Source: an uncultured Candidatus Saccharibacteria bacterium (GTDB lineage: Bacteria > Patescibacteriota > UBA1384 > DTJR01). From it: a DNA stretch of 64,000 nt. The notes under the pieces were generated by a model. That model was not told the origin of the DNA. It did no database searches and saw only the letters and a list, made by a program, of their open reading frames with translations. Each line of letters begins with the position of its first letter. The first letter of the stretch is position 1. The DNA is taken from contig CAZOJE010000002.1 in the NCBI GenBank assembly GCA_964580065.1, forward strand, positions 66,978 to 130,977, read 5' to 3'. Positions 59,480 through 64,000 of the stretch are shown here, piece by piece. Made by a program: the position numbers and the translations under genes.

Positions 59480-62248
59480 TTAGAGGTATTTTCCAGTAAT
59501 TGAACGATCGCACATTTTGATGTCTTTCGGCTTGCCACAAGCGATTATCTCACCGCCTAATGACCCACCCCTCGGGCCCATGTCTATCACCCAATCAGAA
59601 TTATTGATTACGTCTATATTGTGTTCAATCATTAAAACAGTATTGCCCCGATCAACCAATTCGTGAAGAATTTGTAAAAGTTTTTTGATATCGTCAAAGT
59701 GCAATCCCGTTGTCGGTTCATCTAAAATGTAAAGGGTATTGCCGGTAGAAGTTTTTGATAATTCAGTCGAAAGTTTAATTCTTTGCGCTTCACCGCCAGA
59801 TAAAGTAGTGGCATTTTGGCCAAGCGGCAAATACCCCAACCCCACTCTTTTCAAAACTTCCAATTTTTGACAAATTTCTTCCTGATCGGCAAAGAAATCG
59901 CTTGCCTCATCTACACTCATTTCTAAAATTTCAGCGATATTTTTTTCTTTATATTTAATTTTTAAGGTTTCGCTATTGTACCGGTTTCCAGCACATTCCT
60001 CACATTTAATATAAGCATCGGGCAAAAAATACATTTCTACTTTAATATAACCATCGCCATGGCACGTTTCACAGCGCCCACCCTTCAAATTGAAACTAAA
60101 ACGGCTCGAGCTAAAACTTTTCGCTTGAGCATCAGACGTTTGAGCAAAAAGTTCCCGAATCGGCGTAAAAAGACCAGTGTAAGTTGCTAGATTGCTTCTA
60201 GGGGTACGGCCGATCGGCGATTGGTCAATCTTAATAATCTTATCGATATTTTCGACTCCTCTTATATCACGGCATCCTTCAATCTTATCGTCACCAGAAT
60301 TCAGCTTCTTGCTAACCGCTTCCGCTAAAACGTCGAAAACTAAAGTTGATTTACCACACCCCGAAACACCCGTCACGCATGTAAAAAAACCCAAGGGAAA
60401 TTTAACGTTCAAATTTTTTAAATTATTTAAACTAGCGCCGACTAATTCAATATAGCCGCTTTCTTTTTTTCTGCTGCGAGAAATCTTTATCTCATCGGCC
60501 CCAGAAAGATATCGACCGGTAATTGAATTAGGGTCAGCTAATATTTCGCTTGGCTTTCCTTGAGAAATAATTTCACCACCTAATTTACCTGCCCCCGGGC
60601 CCATATCGACAATGTAATCCGACTCCATTAGAACCGATTTATCATGTTCAACGATTAAAACCGTATTGCCTTCATTTTTTAATCTCTTAAAAGAAGAAAT
60701 CAGCTTTTCCGTGTCTGCGCTGTGCAAACTGATTGTCGGTTCATCTAAAACATATAAAACACCACTAAGAAAACTATCGAATTGCGCCCCTAAACGAATT
60801 CTTTGGGCTTCACCGCCAGACAAAGTTTCGCTCGATCGTGAAAGAGTTAAATATTCCACACCAACAGAAATTAAATTCTTAATTCGGCGCAAAAGTTCGT
60901 TGACTAAACCCCTGGCCTGCAAAGGAATTTTGTCCATATTTTTATCAAAAAAATCTACCAAATTTATTGCTTCCATATCACAAAATTCATCAATCGATAG
61001 TCCTAAAAATTTAACCGCTAATGCAAATTGGTTTAGACGTTTGCCGCTACAAACATCACAAGTTTTTTCCTCCATGTAGTTTTCAATTTCCTGCCTCAAG
61101 TAATCAGAATCGGTTTCGCGATATTTCTTCTCCAGCATGGCAATAACGCCAGCAAAATCGCCCTCGCCAAAAAGAACTGATTTAACAACTTCGTCAGACA
61201 GCTTTTCGACCGGAATATCCAGGGCAAAATGTTTTTCTTTAGCAAAATCTTCTAGCGATCGCATCAAACTACTGCCCTGACCGGCTAAACGCGTCCAAGG
61301 GCGAATGGCCCCTTCTTCAAAAGTTAATTTTTTGTTCGGAATAACTAATTCAGGAATAATTTCCTTGCTCACGCCGAGCCCTTGACACTTCAGGCAAGCG
61401 CCAAAAGGGCTATTAAAGGAAAAAAGACGCGGCTGAAGTTCCCCGTAGTGCTGACCGCATTTTTCACAATACGGTTCTTTGGAGAATTTCATTCTTTCTT
61501 GTGTCGATTGGATAATAACCGAACCACCAGAAAGATCGATGGCACGCTTTAATATTTTTAATGTTTCATCGGAAATTTTTTCAAATTCACCGCCAAACTC
61601 GATTTCGCCAACTAAAATTTCGATCGTATGCGCAGTATTTTTAGCTAATTTTATTTTTGATAATTCGCGAACGTCAATGTTGGTTCCATCGATTCTAGCT
61701 GAAACATATTTTGAAGTAGCGAACCGATTTAAAACCGATTGGTGTGAGCCAAAAACGTTTTCAATAACAGGCGCGAAAACCTCTAAACGTTGATTCTTAT
61801 AAAGATCAAAATTTAGCTTTATATACTCTATTGTCAGCTCGGGGATTTTTGTTTTGTCGCCGCTAAAGAGTTTTTCACCGCAAACCGGGCAAAGTGGCTG
61901 GCCGAATCGGGCAAAAAGCAAGCGCAAGTAATCGTATGCTTCAGTCAGTGTTCCGACGGTTGATCTCGGCGATCGAGCAACACTTTTTTGATCTATTGAA
62001 ATTGCTGGCGGAATATTTTCAATCGCATCGACATCGGGTTTTTCTAAAGCACCGATAACCTGCTTGGCATAGCTTGAGAGATTATCTACATACCGTCTTT
62101 GCCCCTCGGCAAAAACGGTATCAAAAGCAAGTGAACTTTTACCGCTACCGGAAATGCCACTTATAGAAGTAATTTTTTCTTTTTCGATCTCTAAAGAAAT
62201 ATTTTTGAGATTATGAGTCCTGGCGTTGGTAATTTTTATATTTCTCAT
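59480..62248 (-). CDS. uvrA: Excinuclease ABC subunit A
   Basis: HNLKNI, GSGKSSLAFDT, two LSGGEAQRI motifs, zinc fingers, LDEPTTGLH. Confidence 0.97.
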   Translation of the reverse strand: MRNIKITNARTHNLKNISLEIEKEKITSISGISGSGKSSLAFDTVFAEGQRRYVDNLSSYAKQVIGALEKPDVDAIENIPPAISIDQKSVARSPRSTVGTLTEAYDYLRLLFARFGQPLCPVCGEKLFSGDKTKIPELTIEYIKLNFDLYKNQRLEVFAPVIENVFGSHQSVLNRFATSKYVSARIDGTNIDVRELSKIKLAKNTAHTIEILVGEIEFGGEFEKISDETLKILKRAIDLSGGSVIIQSTQERMKFSKEPYCEKCGQHYGELQPRLFSFNSPFGACLKCQGLGVSKEIIPELVIPNKKLTFEEGAIRPWTRLAGQGSSLMRSLEDFAKEKHFALDIPVEKLSDEVVKSVLFGEGDFAGVIAMLEKKYRETDSDYLRQEIENYMEEKTCDVCSGKRLNQFALAVKFLGLSIDEFCDMEAINLVDFFDKNMDKIPLQARGLVNELLRRIKNLISVGVEYLTLSRSSETLSGGEAQRIRLGAQFDSFLSGVLYVLDEPTISLHSADTEKLISSFKRLKNEGNTVLIVEHDKSVLMESDYIVDMGPGAGKLGGEIISQGKPSEILADPNSITGRYLSGADEIKISRSRKKESGYIELVGASLNNLKNLNVKFPLGFFTCVTGVSGCGKSTLVFDVLAEAVSKKLNSGDDKIEGCRDIRGVENIDKIIKIDQSPIGRTPRSNLATYTGLFTPIRELFAQTSDAQAKSFSSSRFSFNLKGGRCETCHGDGYIKVEMYFLPDAYIKCEECAGNRYNSETLKIKYKEKNIAEILEMSVDEASDFFADQEEICQKLEVLKRVGLGYLPLGQNATTLSGGEAQRIKLSTELSKTSTGNTLYILDEPTTGLHFDDIKKLLQILHELVDRGNTVLMIEHNIDVINNSDWVIDMGPRGGSLGGEIIACGKPKDIKMCDRSITGKYL

Positions 62249-62500
62249 AAGCAAAATTAACTTAAGGGATTATAACAATTCTGGGAAAAAAATCAAGCGT
62301 TTCCGCACCTAGAAAATGAAAAATCTATCAAAGCATTTCTTTATCTGTTAAAAGTAAAAATTTTACTCCTCTTAAAACATATTAGACAGATGGGCAGTTT
62401 AATACATATCACTACTTGTGCACTCAAGGGCGAAATACCTTTTGATTTTTTCGTTTGTTATGTTACAGTGCAATCAAGAAAATTAATAAAAAGGAGCGGC

Positions 62501-62944
62501 ATGAAACAACAAGTCGGCACAATTGTTGGCTCTAGCGTCCATTTAACTGGAGCCATTAAGGATTCAAGCGATATTACAATCTTCGGGAGCGTTGACGGCG
62601 AAGTCTCTTCAGAGCAAAAAATAATCATTGAAGAAACAGCCCAAATTAAAGGCCCCGTAAAGGCAAACGAAGTTATTATCAGTGGTATGGTTAACGGTAC
62701 CGTTACCGCAACTCAACGCCTCGAATTAAACCAAACCGCCGCTGTTAAAGGAAATATTGATACCAGTGAATTATTAATTCACGCTGGCGCAACTTTTATT
62801 GGTAAATGCAATATGCCAGACAAAAAAGTCAAAAGTGAAGATGGCACTGAAGCAAAAGAATCCTACATGGTCGAAATAGAGGGGGAAGACACGAAAATTG
62901 AAGAAACCGATGAACTCGAAGATGACGAAGAAAAGAAAAAATAA
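62501..62944 (+). CDS. Bactofilin (polymer-forming cytoskeletal protein)
   Basis: TIVGSSVHLTG..G.V.G repeats..GATFIGKC; AGGAG RBS; acidic tail. Confidence 0.88.
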   Translation: MKQQVGTIVGSSVHLTGAIKDSSDITIFGSVDGEVSSEQKIIIEETAQIKGPVKANEVIISGMVNGTVTATQRLELNQTAAVKGNIDTSELLIHAGATFIGKCNMPDKKVKSEDGTEAKESYMVEIEGEDTKIEETDELEDDEEKKK

Positions 62945-62950
62945 TTCTTA

Positions 62951-63703
62951 ATGTACTATTTTATTCTGGAACCACCTAAAAATAATACCGAAAAAGTTTT
63001 TCTGGAGCGGCTCAAAGAGCTCTCAAGACAATTTGGTATTGCCAGTGAAATTAGCCAATCCTCCCCCGCCCGATCAGCATCTGAATTAGCTCAAATGGCT
63101 ATTATGAAAAATTATTCTACGATCGTAGCCGTAGGAAGCGAGAACCACATCAATAAGGTTGTTCGGGAGATAATGAAAAACAAACCCAACCAGCACATTG
63201 CTCTTGGCATTGTCTGCACCGAACCCGCTTCCATGCTTTCAGAAAAATGGGGCTTCAAAAGACCGGAGGATGCTTGCGATACGCTCAAATACCGAAAACT
63301 TTCGCGGTTTGACATCGGCTTTATTGAACCAGACATTTATTTTCTTACGAGCGTACATTTAGAGCCAAGAAATCCGATCAAATTGACAATGGAAGTGGAT
63401 AATTGGAAAGCTGAAAGTATTATTACGCGGGCAGAAATATCCAGCAATTTATATATTCTACTTGAACGTCACATTAAAGAAAAGTCTTTATTGCGTTCAA
63501 CCATAAATGTTTTAAGCGGCAGAAAAAACGAACGATACGAACATAGTATTTTTAAAGGTAGAATTATTTCTTTAGACACAATTCCGCCAATTCCTGTTTA
63601 CGTCGGGACAGAAAAAATTGCCAAAACTCCCTTAACGATATACCGCAAACTAAGCGGCTTGAATATTATTACAAAACGTGATAGAGTTTTATCCGAAAGT
63701 TGA
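62951..63703 (+). CDS. Diacylglycerol kinase-like protein with a degenerate GGDG motif
   Basis: TIVAVGSENHINKV, ALGIV, FDIG, KTPL; DAGK-like layout. Confidence 0.65.
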   Translation: MYYFILEPPKNNTEKVFLERLKELSRQFGIASEISQSSPARSASELAQMAIMKNYSTIVAVGSENHINKVVREIMKNKPNQHIALGIVCTEPASMLSEKWGFKRPEDACDTLKYRKLSRFDIGFIEPDIYFLTSVHLEPRNPIKLTMEVDNWKAESIITRAEISSNLYILLERHIKEKSLLRSTINVLSGRKNERYEHSIFKGRIISLDTIPPIPVYVGTEKIAKTPLTIYRKLSGLNIITKRDRVLSES

Positions 63704-63727
63704 TGAAAATTATTAAGGAGAATAATA

Positions 63728-64000
63728 ATTAGCTACCCAAGATATTCACCAAGGGGTTTTGGACAGCAACCGCTTCACAGGATAAACGAAAACATAAGAT
63801 CTCCTCGTGTTTTTGTTGTTGATTCCAATAGTGATGTTTTGGGGGAAATGTCGGTTTACGACGCCATCAATGCGGCTAAGCAACAAGATTTGGACTTAGT
63901 CGAAGTTGGACCAAACGCTAATCCTCCTGTCTGCAAGATTATTGACTACGGAAAATTTAAATACGAGCAGGAAAAAAATCAACAAAAAAATAAGGTTAAA
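63728..64000 (+). CDS. infC: Translation initiation factor IF-3 (partial, ATT start; absent from the ORF track)
   Basis: AAGGAG RBS 7 nt before ATT; RINENIR..DLDLVEVGPNANPPVCKIIDYGKFKYE. Confidence 0.93.
   Translation, partial: MSYPRYSPRGFGQQPLHRINENIRSPRVFVVDSNSDVLGEMSVYDAINAAKQQDLDLVEVGPNANPPVCKIIDYGKFKYEQEKNQQKNKVK

Overview
This window looks like a Patescibacteria (CPR) chromosome segment in standard code 11. The assignment is inferred from the missing rpmD/L30, a short Rel, a PaaX-like regulator, a sortase and tandem gpmI genes. Most of it is housekeeping: lexA-rel-clpC-nusA, murA-mreB, a CCA enzyme, tsaC, pgi-eno-gpmI-gpmI, leuS-rpmF-nusB-rnc, a ~26 kb rpoBC/str/S10/spc/alpha/L13-S9 superoperon, RNase P RNA, uvrA, bactofilin, infC and three tRNAs. 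The unusual part is ~13.8-20.6 kb. (i) A ~5.6 kb mosaic downstream of tRNA-Ala(CGC) is built from truncated pieces of unrelated genes: a queuosine-salvage C-terminus, the two ends of one pyrophosphatase gene separated by ~3.9 kb, an IS30 tail, an archaeal-type SAM synthetase tail fused back-to-back with a glucosylglycerate-synthase-like tail, a frameshifted aroE, an alarmone hydrolase, an HprK-like kinase, and a GC-rich gene resembling a DGR target. (ii) A repeated double-hairpin element is fused to the CCA ends of two divergent tRNAs. It can pair with the tRNA's own CCA end and contains a perfect 7-bp stem followed by ACCA, like a tRNA microhelix. All product calls come from recognising motifs by eye; no database searches were run.
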